Assembly (NCBI RefSeq): GCF_006345805.1
Contig: NC_043001.1
Span: 51,336,001 to 51,400,000, forward strand
Direction of reading: 5' to 3'
Source: Octopus sinensis
Taxonomy: Eukaryota
Length of the DNA stretch: 64,000 nt
Part shown: positions 39,165 to 53,529 of the stretch, in pieces
Layout of the letters: each line of letters opens with the position of its first letter
Position numbering within the stretch: position 1 is the stretch's first letter
Notes under the pieces: model-generated
What the model saw: the letters and a program-made list of their open reading frames with translations, nothing else
Databases searched by the model: none
What the model was told of the DNA's origin: nothing
Position numbers and translations under genes: made by a program

Positions 39165-39470
39165 AACCAGAAATGACTTTTAAAATGAGAATATCTGAAA
39201 TAAACTTGACTTCTCTCACAAATGCGAATACTAAAAATGAACCCAACTGTTGTCAAAAATCAAGTAAAAAAAACAGGAAAAATATATCCAGAATCCTTGT
39301 TCGGATTGATCCTCAAATCTAATCAGTTTGTGCCAGTCATGAGGCCAAACATCCCTGAGAGTTTCATCCAAATCCTTCCAGTGGTTCTTGAGATATCTTG
39401 TCCATGGACAAACAAACAAATATGACTGCAAACAATACCTCCGCCTTCACTAGGGCGGAGGTGATAATAA
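39165..39470 (+). mobile_element. Non-autonomous Helitron/Helentron-like element
   Basis: Perfect 9-bp subterminal hairpin ACCTCCGCC-ttcactag-GGCGGAGGT (39437-39462) followed by an A/T-rich end; 5' limit approximate. Confidence 0.5.
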
Positions 39471-40002
39471 TATTTTTTATCGTAAATGATCTTGACATTC
39501 CTTTTACTTTACATAGAATATTTTTTATATTCTCCTGTTGTTTTTATTGCCATTTATTTACAAGTATTGTGTATTTTATAGGTAAAATATTTTTCTGGGA
39601 ACAAATTACAACTTATAACATTGCTACTATGGGAAATTATTGCTCTGCTTTATGTGTTTTTGCTTTAAGAGCAGTCTCTGGGAACAAATTAACTCATATA
39701 TAGAGGTGTTACTGTACTTTAATCTTACAACATTAAATAATGATGATGATGATGATGATGATGACGACGACGACGATGATGACGATGATGATGATGATGA
39801 TGATGATGATGATAATAATAATAATATATGAAGTTCTTGAAGAAACTTAATCTGCTAGATCTACAATATTATCCAAATGTTGTGTGTCTCTTACAAGCAG
39901 ACTAATTTCATTTAGGTCTCACTTCGGTAAAGGTTTTATTATATTAAAAGAAAAAGCATTCGGTGTTTTCCTTAATTCAGAAGGTCAATGACAAATGCTT
40001 AC

Positions 40003-40133
40003 AATTTCCTTAGTTTCATCAGGGCAAGTGAATGTTTCTCGGTTATCCAGGAAACCTTCATTTTCGCTTCCTGTATTTTCTTGTCTATTTGAGAAAACAC
40101 TTCCTCTTTTATTGTAGTATCAATCTCAAATTC
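40003..40133 (-). CDS. CFAP44: CFAP44 exon (EFEIDTTIKEEVFSQIDKKIQEAKMKVSWITEKHSLALMKLRK)
   Basis: tattag|GAA acceptor and TT|gtaagc donor; 131 nt. Similar to LAWEKEKHELGLMKLK. Confidence 0.88.
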
Positions 40134-41064
40134 CTAATAAATGAATAAAAAGAGAAACATCAGAAGTGCAACCAAAAAGAATGATAATTCTTGAATTTTG
40201 AAATCTGATAGTTAGGGTTATCTCTGAGGATGCAAAACATACATATTCCTTTCTTTGCAATGATAAGAGAAAATTCTTTCCTTTTAGTGCTTTAGTATTT
40301 AAGTAAAATTGTTGAGCCATCTTAACACTGCTTTTATGTTTGTTGATACCCTAACACTGTCTAATGCCCATTATATAACTTAAAGGGTTATTTATGTTTG
40401 TTATACAATCTCTGGATATTTGGTGAAGTAATCTGTTTATAAAGTTTCCTTTGTATTGCAGATATTGTTGTGAATGAAACGTGTATGATGTATTGAATAA
40501 GTGTATAAATTTATTTCTACACTTTTCTAGTATTTTTACTCAGTGTTCATAATACTGGAATTAAACTACAGAAAGAAACAGAGATTAAGGCATTTGATTG
40601 ATGGAAACTGTATTGAAGCCATATCCCATACACAGAGAGAGAGAGAGGTGAGGTATTTCCAGTGTGACCCAACGAAAGGCGTAGTTATCTTTGTTGATAT
40701 CAGTATGATAGACAAAGCAATTTTGAATATGAAAGTAGGAAAATCCCTTGGTTCATCAGGGGTCACCACTGAGATGTTTATAATAACTGGCAGAATAGGA
40801 TACAGCCTGGTCACCTGAATAGTTAATCAGGTTGTGTAGGGTAATACTAAATAAGTGACGTTGTTTATTTGTGTATTTGTTTAACATTTTTTAATCCTTT
40901 TTTGGTTTAGGTTCAAAGCATACTTACTATATTTGAGGCATATTAATGACTTGTAAGGACATGGTATATCTTTATGCAACCATAATATACTACAAAGTAT
41001 ATTAAACATTTTATAAGTTAATACTGTGTCCTACTGTGTTAGCAGTGCTGCTAAATCACTTGTT

Positions 41065-41365
41065 AAGGCTATCTTTACAGATTTTCTATGGAAATATAGC
41101 CAGAACTGATTTGTTATGACGTTTTGTATTTGAGTACGCCTAATGTAAATAACAATGAGATCAAAGATGAAAAATAAGTAATGGGTGTATATACCATATT
41201 TCAGGAGTTCCTGCTCTTTCATTTGAATTCCTGAAGTATGGCATACACATCCGTTACCCATTTTTCATCTTCAATCACCTTGTTGTTTACATTAGGCATA
41301 CTCAGATATGAAATCCCATAACAAACTGGCTGTAATTTCTATTGAAAATCTGTAGAGATAACCTT
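41065..41365. repeat. ~300-bp diverged palindrome (MITE or fold-back-like)
   Basis: tacagattttc...cctaatgtaaa...gatgaaaaat pairs with tttttcatc...tttacattagg...gaaaatctgta; inner arms ccatatttcaggagttc / gaattcctgaagtatgg. Confidence 0.7.
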
Positions 41366-41769
41366 TGGTATTGACTTATAAAGCATTTAATAAACTTTGT
41401 AGTATATTATGGTTGTGTAATGAAATACGGTGTTCCTACAAGTCATTAATATGTAAATACCAGCTGCCAGGAATTTTGAGGCAGTTTTTTTTTTTTGTAT
41501 TTTTATGGTATTTTTATGGCTGGATGCTCCTCTGGTTACCAGCTCTTACCTGCTTTATAAGATGTGGATATTTTAAATTCTATTTTTTATTCTACTACAT
41601 GACCACACCATTTTCTCACTCAAAACAATCTCAGTGGTAAGTAGAAATGGCAACATTAACACCCCTTCTCTTGCCCTACACACAACAAATTTCCAAGCAG
41701 TCTCCATTCACATTCTACAATAAAAACAAAGTGACGTTATAAAATTTTTTTAAATATCAGAATGTTTAC

Positions 41770-41932
41770 TTTTGGGCTAAGTCTAAGATTTTCTGGCAAG
41801 CAAGCATTTTGTTCAATCAGGTGTTTATAATCTCGGCGGAGAAGTGCAATATGCTGGTGGACTTCGTCTTTCTTTTGGTTAGCTTCTGCCATGATCCGGT
41901 CGTATTCGGCCTTTTGTTTTGCATCTTCTATA
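41770..41932 (-). CDS. CFAP44: CFAP44 exon (IEDAKQKAEYDRIMAEANQKKDEVHQHIALLRRDYKHLIEQNACLPENLRLSPK)
   Basis: ttccag|T acceptor and AAA|gtaaac donor; 163 nt. Coiled-coil sequence similar to IENARRKREHDKLM. Confidence 0.9.
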
Positions 41933-42314
41933 CTGGAATCACAGAGAACGTTCAATAAATTAGGTACAGGTTTATGAAAAGGCTTTGTTGCACGAGGGAA
42001 TAGAGCTGCATGAATTACTATCTTGTATCATCAAAATAGAGGGAAATGAAAGTATTTATAAAGCTGACAAAAAAAAACCCCAAACAAAAAGACACTTACA
42101 TGTAGTTGTTACACAAAATTGTTATACGATATTATCATTGTTGCTGCTGTTGTTGTTGTCATTGTCAGCCCCACCCGTCATTGCTCTCATCAGTGGCAAC
42201 AGCATTTCATCCATCCTTCCATTCATATATATTCATATATATGAATGGAAGGATGGATTCATATATATATATATATATACACACACATATACATACATAT
42301 ATATATATATATGC

Positions 42315-42431
<117 letters not shown>

Positions 42432-42559
42432 AACTTACTTGGAAAAGAATGCATGCCGTTCGATCATATAATAATATAAATAGTATATAAATATATGCAT
42501 ATATACATACATATATATATATCACAGTGGTGGTGGTATTAACTTGTATCTGAGTAATA

Positions 42560-43050
42560 AATCTGAAGCAATTGATTGATCCTCTTCAACCTGATGGAGG
42601 TGAAATGTGCCAGTACCTGAGATGGATGTTCAGGCCAAAGTTGGGATAGAAGAGCCAGGGGCATTTATCACAAGGGAGAGTTGGTGAAGGATAAGGAAGT
42701 GTGAGTTGCTCTTTGTGTTTTTGATGTCTAATCTCTACCTCTTGATGTCTGTTATCTTCCATTGGGTCCATTCACTAGACAATGACATGCTGCCACTGTG
42801 GGTGGTCTTTGGCAATTGTCTCCTAGGTACTTGGGGCAATAGAGCAGTGGAGGAGAGTGGTCTTGAGCTGGTCATGGAAACGGAATTTGGAGGCTATGCG
42901 AAGTCTGGTGCCTGAGGTTTAGTCTATGAAGAGGAATTGATGGGGGTGGTGTGTTTGAGACATATAAATGATGTGTTCTGACAAGCAGAGGTAGTGGCAT
43001 GCCATTGTAGCTTCAATGCCGGGCAGTCGAGCAGAACCTCTTCATTGGTT
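42560..43050 (-). mobile_element. Old RTE-type LINE 3' remnant
   Basis: ...LPCDKCPWLF..GLNIHLRYWH resembles the C-terminal C2H2 finger of RTE elements. Confidence 0.5.
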
Positions 43051-43955
43051 ATATAGTCTTTGTGGAAACCCGTGGCTTAATGGTTAGGGTGTTGGACTCA
43101 TGATCGTAGGCTTATGATTTCAATTCATGAACTGGGTGACACGTTGTGTTCTTGAGCAAAACACTTCATTTCATGTTGCTCCAGTCTGGAAAAATTTAGC
43201 AATCCTGCAATAGATTGCTGTCCCATCCAAGTAGGGAATATATACACCATGGAAATCAGGAAACTAGTCCTTATGAGTCAGTATGACTTGGAAAGGTAAC
43301 TTTACCTGCACCTTAATATAGTCTTTCCATTGAATCCTCATGATTGCTCAAAGTTTGTGATGTTGGAAAGGTTTGATTTTGTTAATACAATACACAAATT
43401 TCATAGTCATAGAGCAGTGTGGAAAGGGCGATGACTTGGAATACCATGATTTTCATTTGGAAGGTGAGGCTGTGGTTTAGGAAGACTTGTTTGGAGAGTC
43501 TTCTGAAAGCCATATGGGCTGTGCTGATCCTATCCTTGATGTCTTTCTGAATGGTACAATTGCTGAACAGGTGGCTTCCAAGGTATGGGAAAACTCCACA
43601 ATTTTGCAGGACAGTGTTGTAAAATAGTAGTTTCGTTGAGAATCCACAGGACCGTGTAGTAGTAGTAGTGGAAGAGAGAGAGAGAGAGAAGAAAAGGAGA
43701 CACAGCTCAAATGAGATTACAGGATCAAGGAGATTTAAGCACTATCTCTCACTTGTTTAGCTCCAGGGTAATCCTAGCCAAATAGACTTATAATAAAAAT
43801 CATCCTAGCTATGATTTTCAAATGTGTTCTATGATTTTTGTAATTATAGAGTATGATGTAATTTGACAATTTTTTTAGCTACAATTTCAAGCAGATCAAG
43901 TGATCATATAAGGATTCCTACATGGGTTACTTATGTAAGAATTTTTAAAAAATAC

Positions 43956-43999
43956 CTGTAAGCTGTTGAATCTTCCAAATCATCAACATAGTGTTTCTC
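43956..43999 (-). CDS. CFAP44: CFAP44 44-nt exon (EKHYVDDLEDSTAYS)
   Basis: ccacag|GAG acceptor and AG|gtattt donor; phase 0 to 2. Similar to EDIEDPKAYS and completes AG|T = Ser with the next exon. Too short to appear in the ORF track. Confidence 0.85.
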
Positions 44000-44899
44000 C
44001 TGTGGAACAGAAAATAATGATGGTATTATAAGACACAAATAAGATGATAGTTAATTTTCAAATGCAGAAACGCCATTAGAATAGCAGAAATATTGGGAAA
44101 CTTGGGTAACTTACCTTTACAAAGTGGATAAATTGATCAACAAACAGCCATGGAACATGAACCCACATTTCTTGAAGACTCTGGCCAAGTGCTTTACCAT
44201 TAAGCTAACCTGCCTACTGACAAATTAATCCACATTTTAGATGCTATAAAGCAGAATGTACAACTATGTGTATATAAATATATGGCTGTCTGCTGACAAA
44301 TTTTTCCACTTTGTAAGGGTTATTTACCCAATATTTCTGCTGTTCGAAGGGAGTTTCTGCATTCGAAAATAAATTATTGTCTTATTTGTATCTTACACTA
44401 CACATTTGAACTCTTATATATAAAAAACAAATATTGGTTTGTTTATATTTATATATAAATAATGGTATTGTTTTAAATTTTGGCACAAGGCTAACAGTTT
44501 TAGTTGGAGGAGCTTAATTGATTACATCAACCCCAGCACCAAACTGAATTTGCTGAATTTGAACTCTGAATGTAGAATACCAGAAGAAATTCCACTAAGC
44601 ATTTTGTCTTTTGTGCTAATGACTCTATCAGCTTGTTGCCTAAATAATTAGTTGATTAAATCGCTCCCAGTACTTGACTGGCACTTTGTTTTATTGATCC
44701 TGATAGGATGAGAAGTAAAGTTAGTTGTGGTGGGATCTATTTTCGGGATATAAAGAGCCAGAACTTATACTGCAAGACAATTTCCCAACACTCAAGCAAT
44801 TCTATCAATCTACTGCTCTTATCCATATCAATATCAATAATAATAGTAATAATAACAATGATAATGATGATAATAATAATAATAATAATAATCTGATGC

Positions 44900-45443
44900 A
44901 GTACCAGGCAGTGGCTCTCATGGCTTCTGATCTTAACTGATTGGAAGTGTTGTCATGTACATTGTTTTGTCTTGGTATAAAAGATGGGCTACAGCAAATA
45001 TTCTGCTCAATACCACAGATTTGCTTGTTTGTTGTTTGACCATAACCAGTTGAGCATGTCCCTTAGTGGCTGACAATACGTGCATCTCTGATCACGAGCA
45101 GAAGTAGTGGGGGAGCATCATGGCCATGTGTTGAGAGGGATTCTTTGGAGTTTGAATGGTTCACCTCTGGAAACATAGGTGTTTCGTTCAACATCCTAAA
45201 GCAACCCTTATTCAGGGACCTTTTGAGCAGGATGGGCTACTCAACCTGAAGAAAATTCTAACTGGGCCCCACCTGCAAGGTCATGTGCTGTTTATCTTGA
45301 TATGAGATCACCATGTCGCGCACATATGGTTGTGATGCATGTGCCTGGTGCACCTTTATCAGACGGGTAGTCATGATGGGTATATTGGGCTTCGTATATT
45401 TTACCCCAGTGTCACTTTGATGGCATGAACTGCTCTCTCACTC

Positions 45444-45445
<2 letters not shown>
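44900..45445 (+). mobile_element. Unclassified interspersed repeat ending in (TAA)n
   Basis: The ctgatcacgagcag...gagagggattctttgg core recurs at 17940-18110 (+) and 15680-15960 (-). Confidence 0.65.
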
Positions 45446-45496
<51 letters not shown>

Positions 45497-45498
<2 letters not shown>

Positions 45499-45975
45499 TG
45501 GTATATAAAAAAATGCCATGGGCCCACTATTGAAACACATGAAGAGGGCCAGCATCATCAAAACTGAAAATTGTGTAACTAAAGAAAAATTTAAACAAGA
45601 AATGAACAAAAAAAAAAAAGAAAACGCATGGAAAGAAAAAAATGTACTGTCAGTTTGCAAGAGACGTGAATGACAAGACAGATACAGAGGACCAGTGGCT
45701 TTGGATGAGAAGGAGTGCCCTGAAGATAGAGACAGAAGCACTCACATGCACAGCTCAGGAACAAGCGTTAAGGACCATTTATATGGAGTGCAGAATAGAC
45801 AACACTACTGATAGCAACAAATACAGAATGCATGGTGAGAGGGGTGAAGTGGTATGGCACATCGTTAGCAAATCCCAAAATTGACAGAACGCAAATACAA
45901 AAGATGCCATGACAATGTGGCAAGAATGATCCATTAGGAGCTCTGTAGAAATCACAGCCTACAAAGAGCAAAGAC
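45497..45975 (+). mobile_element. R4/Dong-like fragment
   Basis: WLWMRRSALKIETEALTCTAQEQALRT...HIVS...HDNVA; starts directly after (TAA)n. Confidence 0.8.
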
Positions 45976-48190
45976 AGTCAATCGTAGAACTCCCAGAATA
46001 AAAATGTAAACACCTGAAAGACTTTGCCTCCATTCATTACTAAATGTCTTTTCTGCTTCTTCATTGTTAAAAGTAAAGAAGCTAAAAAAGATTGATCGTA
46101 TTTCAGTCCTTTTCTCTACAGTTAAGAGATTGAAGGTGTGTGGCTCAGTGGTTAGGGATGTTCGGCTCATGATTGCAAAGCCATGAGTACAATTCCCTGT
46201 GGCATGCTATGTTTTTGAGCAAGATACTCTGCTTCACTTTGCTCCAGTCCACTCAACTGGCAAAAATGACTTGTAGCTGTAATTCAAAGGGGCCAGCGTT
46301 GTCACATTCTGTGTGAGGCTGAATCTCCCCAGGAGCTACCTTATGGTATGCATGTCAGTGGGGTACTCAGCCACTTGCATGTTAATTTTATGAACAGATT
46401 GTTCATTGATCAGATAAACAAGAACCTTGTCGTAGCCGACAAAGTGCCATTTTTTAAGAGAAAGGAAAGGAAATGTTCCATATTGTAAAGCAAAAATGTC
46501 TAGTATTAGCTCAGTATAAGCAGTGAAAGTTAAGATGAAATAATTGCTATTCCATCGTGTATTCACCTTTAACCCATGCTCAGTTTGACAATAACAGCCT
46601 GCACATCAGTGTTTGTCTGAGGGCTTGGCCTCCAGGTCTGTAAGGCCCACAGATGCTGAATTTTGGGACCGGATTCACACCCATAGTGACCCTAACGACT
46701 AAAAAGATTTTCCTGCCCCTATATAGGATCTTTTTTCATTTTCTTCCAACCATTTGAAGGTTTATCTTGCTCCAGTCCACTCAGCTGGCCAAAATGAGTT
46801 GTAGTTGAAATTCTTGAGGGGCCAGCCTTGTCATATTCTGTATAAGGCTGAATCTCCCCGAGAACTACGTTAATGATATGCATGTTTGTGGAGTACTCAG
46901 CCACTTGCGAGTTAATTTTATCCTCGTGTGGTAATGAAAAGTGAAAGTGACATCTAATATTTGCTGTGTTTATATAACTATAACTTTTCTTTGGATCTAT
47001 GTATCTACTGTCTCTCTCTCACTTTCTCTCTCACTTCCTCTGTGTCCCTCCTCTCTCCCATTTTTAATTTAACAATTTGTGTATGTATTTATTTATCAAC
47101 TTTATTCTCAATCTGTGTATCTATTTTTGTTGCAATGGGATAAACATTTAAAAACACAATATGAACGCCATCACCACTCACTGTCTCTTTCCCTCTCTCT
47201 CTTTTCTCTTACTTCCTCTCTGAAACATTTCTAATAATAATCTTTTCTACTATAGGCACAAGGCCTGAAATCTTTTGAAGGAGGGGGCAAGTCGATTACA
47301 TCGACGCCAGTGTGTAACTGGTACTAATTTTATTGACCTCGTAATGATGAAAGGTGAAGTTGACCTCGATGAAATTTGAACTCACAACATAAAGACGGAT
47401 GAAATACCGCGAAGCATTTCACCTGGTGTGCTAACAATTCTGCCAGCTCACCACCTTAATAATAATGATAATAGCGATTTCTTTTATTTTGTCACCAGGG
47501 CAAAGGATGAGGGAACAACACAAAGAGAGACATAAAGTGTGGGAGTTTATATATATGGAAATGATAGAAAAGTATACACTGTATACATTAAAAGAAGGAA
47601 AGTATACATAGAATGAAAACAAAAGGGTGCTAGTGATGGGGTCCTCCTGATACAGGAGAACCTATAGGGGTAATAGAGGAACCCCACCATCCAAAATCTC
47701 CCTGAACGCTAAAGGCAAGTACCTTCTCCAATCCCCTTTCTCTGACTCACAGGTCTACGCTTAGAGTAGTAGGATCCACTTTTGCCATTTTCGCAACTTT
47801 CACCCAGCTTTTGATAAATTCACTAGAGGAGAGCACCTCTTTCAACGTTGATGGAGCCTCTACCTAAAAGGAATGTATCTGTCCTCATACCTTTCAATCT
47901 CATCCACCAGACAACCTCTTTCACCACAGCCACCAGGCAAAGGAAAAGTGCCTTAATTGCCCAATTAAAGGAGGACAGTAGGGCAGTCATCACTATGGAT
48001 TCAGTTTATAGATGGATCCATCCCACATTCAACAACAGCTGCTCAACATAACTCCATCAGTCAACAATGCCTGGACCTTGAATGAGTATGTGCAGAATGG
48101 TTTCATATCTATATGCACACCTCAGACAAGTGTTTCTAACAGCACATCCATGCTTGTAGAGTTTGTCTTGAGCTGATAGTGCCCCACCTC

Positions 48191-48234
<44 letters not shown>

Positions 48235-48270
48235 TGATAATGATAATAATAATAATAATTATAATAATAA

Positions 48271-48879
48271 AGCATGACTCACATTGTTAGTGCTTGTGAA
48301 AGTCTTGTGCAGAAAGAGTTCAAGCATAGACATCACAAGGTAGCCCAAAACCTCCACTGGCTACTATCCGGTAAGTATGAATATGAGGTTATGGGTGCAT
48401 AATACCAACATACAATGGAAAAGGTAATGTTCGAAAAGGGGAAGGTAAAAATCCTCTGGGACTTTGAGTTCTAGACAGACAAGGTCATAGAGCGCTGAAG
48501 GCCAAACAAAAGTGCTTAATAATCAACATGGCAGTGACAGGAGATCAACATATCACCATGAAGAAAGAGAAAAAGTTGATAAATATGGAGACCTGAGAAT
48601 TGAGATCACTAAGCTGTGGCAGCTGCAAGAGTCAAATATAAAGGTTATCCCTATTGTGATTGGAGCATTGGGTTCAATAGTAAAAAACATCTGAAAACCT
48701 TACAGATACCCTACAATCTAGATGTATTGCAAAAGTCAGCATTACTGGGAACTGCATGCATATTGTGTAAAGTACTGTCTGTCTGAGGTCCTTGTAATTT
48801 TACAGAAAGTTCAAACCCCCCGGTAGACACAATATCTTCAATCAACAACCTCACAATATTGTATACTGTGCAACGTCTA
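48271..48879 (+). mobile_element. R4/Dong-like 3' fragment (REL domain)
   Basis: THIVSAC...RHHKV, KILWDF, EKVDKYGDLRIEI...IPIVIGALG, LQKSALLG; (TAA)n on both sides. Confidence 0.85.
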
Positions 48880-49375
48880 TAATAATAATAATAATAACAA
48901 CAACAACAACAATGATAATAATAATAATAATGTTGTTGTATTCTGGAATGGTTATTTTTTTTTTTTGCCAAATAAACACATGCTCTCTCTACATATATTT
49001 TCTTTAATCATTTATTACTGTTCTTATTTTATTATTTTAATTCATGTCCGTTGTCCGGAAATCTTTTGTCACACATCTGTGACCTCTTCAGCAGCACTTT
49101 TCATTTTTGTGTATGTTCTTGCTTCACTTACTACATTCTCTTTCTACTATAGATACAAGGCCTGAAATTGTGGGGGAGGGGCTAGTCAATTACATCGACC
49201 CCAGTGTTTCACTGGTATTTAATTTATCAACCCTGAAAGGATGAAAGGCAAAGCTGACCTCGGCAGTATTTGAAATCAGTATGTAAAAACAGACGAAATG
49301 TTGCAAGACATTGTGCCTAGCATGCTAACGATTCTGTCAGCTTGTTACCTTAGTAATGATAATAATAATATTAGC

Positions 49376-49427
<52 letters not shown>

Positions 49428-52400
49428 TTAATAATAATAATAACAACAACATCAATGGTTTCAAATTTTTAGTGAAAGGTCCAACATTTCCGGGAAGGGT
49501 CATAGTTAATTACATGAACCCCAATTCTTGACTGGTACTTATTTCAACGATCCCAAAATGTGAGGCAAAGCTGACCTCGGCAGAATTTGAACTTGGAACT
49601 GTTGGGGTGAAATACAGCAGGATTTCATGATCCCTATGACTACTATGGTAGCCATGGAAGCTCAACAGGAACCCTGAAATGAGCTGGTTAATGGGGCTCT
49701 GGTGAATTCAAGTCCTCAATGGTGGGTGAGGAGGAGGAAGTTGTCTTTGAACCAACACAGCAGCTGTGAAGGTGGATGAACGCTGCAATGAATCTGTCAA
49801 CTTCAGTTGTCTTGGTTCTCTATGCCATTGGACCCAGTTAATGAATTTGTGAAGGGTTGTGTGCTTCTTGGAGTGCAACACTTACACACTAAGCAAATTC
49901 ACATGCAGGCGTCTTTGTCTTGTTAGTACATTCCTCAATTCTTTTATTACATATGAAACCCTATTCTTTGACAGTGATGATGATGATGATGACAACGATG
50001 ACAATGTGGTGGGGATTTCTTTTATTTTACCCATTTATCCATCTCACTCATGGATGAGTAGGAAGTTTGTAAAAATATTGAAAAATTTTACAAGTTTGAT
50101 CAAATACAGCTAGTAATATGTATGTAAATGAAATAAAAAAAGTGTCCCAAGAGAGGGATAGCCACCTTGAGTAAACCAGAATAATCCATATACAAGTACC
50201 TTCTCCCCAAACTTTATCTCAACCTAAGTCACATGTTTGCAGTAAGCCCATTTATCCAGCCTATGATAGCAACTCTAATTGATTTCCAGGAAACTGTAGT
50301 AAAAGAAATATTTCCTGCAATGTGGCCTTCCTCTTTAAGTGGTACTTGAAATGTTGATAAGAGCTAAGTTAAAAAGAAAGACCCTTTATTAATCATCTCA
50401 ATCTACTACATCACACCAGCACCCTCACCACAGCCATCAGTTAGATAAAAACTAAACTTCCATGCCACAGGAAATGGTTGAGAGATCATGAACTTGGTTG
50501 ATAGCCTGATCCATCCTACATATAACAACAACTGTTTGACATAACACCATGAGTCAGTAGTGTATACTCAATGACTGTGCATGAAAGACCACTTCATCAC
50601 TATGCATACACACTGAGCAGAATAGACTGATGGCACTATCACACCTGTATAGATTACCTCAAACCAGCAATGCTCCCCAGAAGTTCTGACTGGTTAAGAA
50701 ATTTTAAAAGTTTTCCATATTCATCAGGCTGAAATTTCAGTAGAATAGACTAGAGCAAAGCACAACAGACAAACAGGTAAATAATAAATTAGAAAACTGA
50801 TGCTGGTATTCACTTTGTCTACCTAATCTGCCAGAGATAGCCTCCACTCAGCTCATTTCTGAAGGAAACTACTTATTCCAGTTGTAACATCATCCCAGTT
50901 TCTATCCACCAAGAAGTCTGGACCAAAGAAAACATCAAATATCATAAACTGAACTGTCAGTCAAGAAATAGTCCCTAACTAGTATGGACTTGCCATTCCA
51001 AAGGATGAGTTTAAGATCACCTGGCTTGTTCCACTTAAAGCATGCTTGTTACCACTAAATACCTTTAGAAGAGTACCAACCACCTGGTTTTCAGAATCCA
51101 AAATAGTAAAATTCCTTAGCTGTGCTTCAAGACTCAAAACATGTAACAACAATTTGAGAGGACACCCTAATGTACTAAATATGTCATATTAAATGGTTCT
51201 AATAGCTGGAATTTAGTTTGATCCCACCAAGGCCATTCTACATAGAAGTGACTCAACCTCAGAAAAATGGATCAAAATCAACAACGGTTAAGATAGCCAT
51301 TAGATAATGATGGCCACCCCAACTGAAAGCTTTCAATTAAACTAAATTTATTATAGCACCACTGAAGACAAATTTTTACCTATCCTTACAATAATGTGTC
51401 AGACATTACAATAATCGCCAGGTGACATTCTGTGCTTGAGGAGACCTATTGAGTCTAGTAAATCAAAATCAAATCAAATCTCAATCAAATGGAAATTGTA
51501 GTTGTGGCTGATACCGGTGCTGGTGGCATGCAATAAGCGCCATTCATGCATGGGTCACTGCCAGAGCTGCCTGACTGGCTCCACATGCCAGTGGCACATA
51601 AAAAGCACCATCTGAGCATGGTCAATGTCAGCCCACCCCCACCCCGACTGGCTCCTGTGCCGGTGGCACATAAAAGCACTATCAGAACGTGGCCGATGCC
51701 AGTGCCACCTGACTGGTTCCTGTACCAGTGGCACGTAAAAAGCACCCACTACACTCTCGGAGTGGTTGGTGTTAGGAAGGACATCCAGCTGTAGAAACAT
51801 TGCCAGATCAGATTGAAGCCTGGTGTGGCCTCCTGGTTCGCCAGTCCTGAGTCAAACTGTCCAAACCATGCCAGCATAAAAAAATGGACGTTAAAGATGA
51901 TGATGATGATGACAAAAAGAAAATTGTTCCAGAGAGATTAGCTAGAAATTATACAAAACTGATGACAAGAACCAACAATTTTGCAAGTACTTTAGCTAAA
52001 CCTTCATTATTTCACTTTAAAGATTCACTGAAGGCCATTTTTCTGCAAAGATACTAGTTGTGATACTTTTCCTAACTGTCCTTTCTTATTTGATCCCTAG
52101 TTTTTCTAAATCTATTGTTTTATATCCTCACTCATTTTACTATATGCTATGGATTCTATTCTAATAGTTCATTTTAGAGGGTCCCATCACCAATATTGAT
52201 GATCAGCTTTGTTAACACTTCCTAAGTAATTCTTCAATCCAGTTGCAGTAAACTCTTCATGCCAGGAATGATAAGTTCAGCTTCTGTAAACATATTTTGG
52301 TCTGCATGTCTTATCTAAGTTTATTGTGAAGATCATAACCTTTTGTGATCACCATATAAAACTGGAGTAACCCTATGTTATCCTTATCTACTGATGTAAC

Positions 52401-52819
52401 AAAATTTTAATCAAGATATGATCAGAACGATTTAATGTGGTGCAAAAATTTGAAAGCAATGAAGCCAGTATGCTTTGCTGGATAGGTAATATACAGTCGG
52501 CGTTAGGAAAGACGTCCAACTGTAGAAACCATGCCAAAACAGACAGGGAGCCTGAACAGTTGTCCAAATCCTTCCAGCATGGAAAACAGACATTAAATGA
52601 AGATGATGATGATATATGATGATGATGATGATGCCCAAGCCCACATTAGCATATTTGTGTAACAGTTGGTTACATGTCAATCAGCTGAAACTGCCTGAGA
52701 AGGTTTGCAAGGCTTTTACCTCTTCCTCGAACAGTTACAACCGCACAGTTCTGGCTTATGTCCATTTACAATACTCAAGGGGATTTTTAGGAGGCTGTAC
52801 CTCTGAAAAACCTAAACCT

Positions 52820-53262
52820 TGTGTATAATACACACCCCTTCTCTAACTTGAGTCAAGGAGGTCTATATAACGTCCTTGGTTTATAAAAATGTATAAGGTA
52901 ACGTCCTTTATTATTATTGTATATATAACATAATGCAAACGTGTAGTTTTTTTGTGCATTTTGTTTGCAGAAAATAAAGAAATATCAGTAATAACAGTAA
53001 TAACGTTTAATAAATGTTGCTTACTGCAAGTTATGGATGATTCTTTTATGACTTCATTGCTTTCAGGCTTAGCTTAAGGTATTATCGCCCCCAACATCAC
53101 AAAATGCATCTGAATAAACATTGCCGGACAGCAAATAGAGACTCAGACATTGCTTAGAGAATATTTTTCATTTTTAACCTTGTATATAGTACGCACTAGG
53201 GATTTTGACCTTTAAATTTTGGGAAAAAAATGCAGATTATAGTTGAGGATTTACGGTAAATA
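52820..53262. mobile_element. One end of a Tc1/pogo-like DNA transposon
   Basis: Terminus reads TACCGTAAATCCTCAACTATAATC on the minus strand; no partner TIR found. Confidence 0.4.
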
Positions 53263-53529
53263 TAGAGACTGTATTTAATATCGGTTTCAAATTTTGGCAC
53301 AGCACCAGTAAGTTCAAAGGAGAGGGTAAGTCAATTATGTCACTCCCAGTGCTCAGCTAGTACTTATTTTATTAACCTTTTTGAACTCAGTATATAAAGA
53401 TGGATGAAATGCTGCCAGACATTTTGCCCAGCAAGCTAATAATTCTGCCAGCTCATTACTCTCTTTTAATAACCATGGGTAGGCTTAAAATAAAATGATA
53501 GGAGAATACATTGTATAACTTTTACTTAC

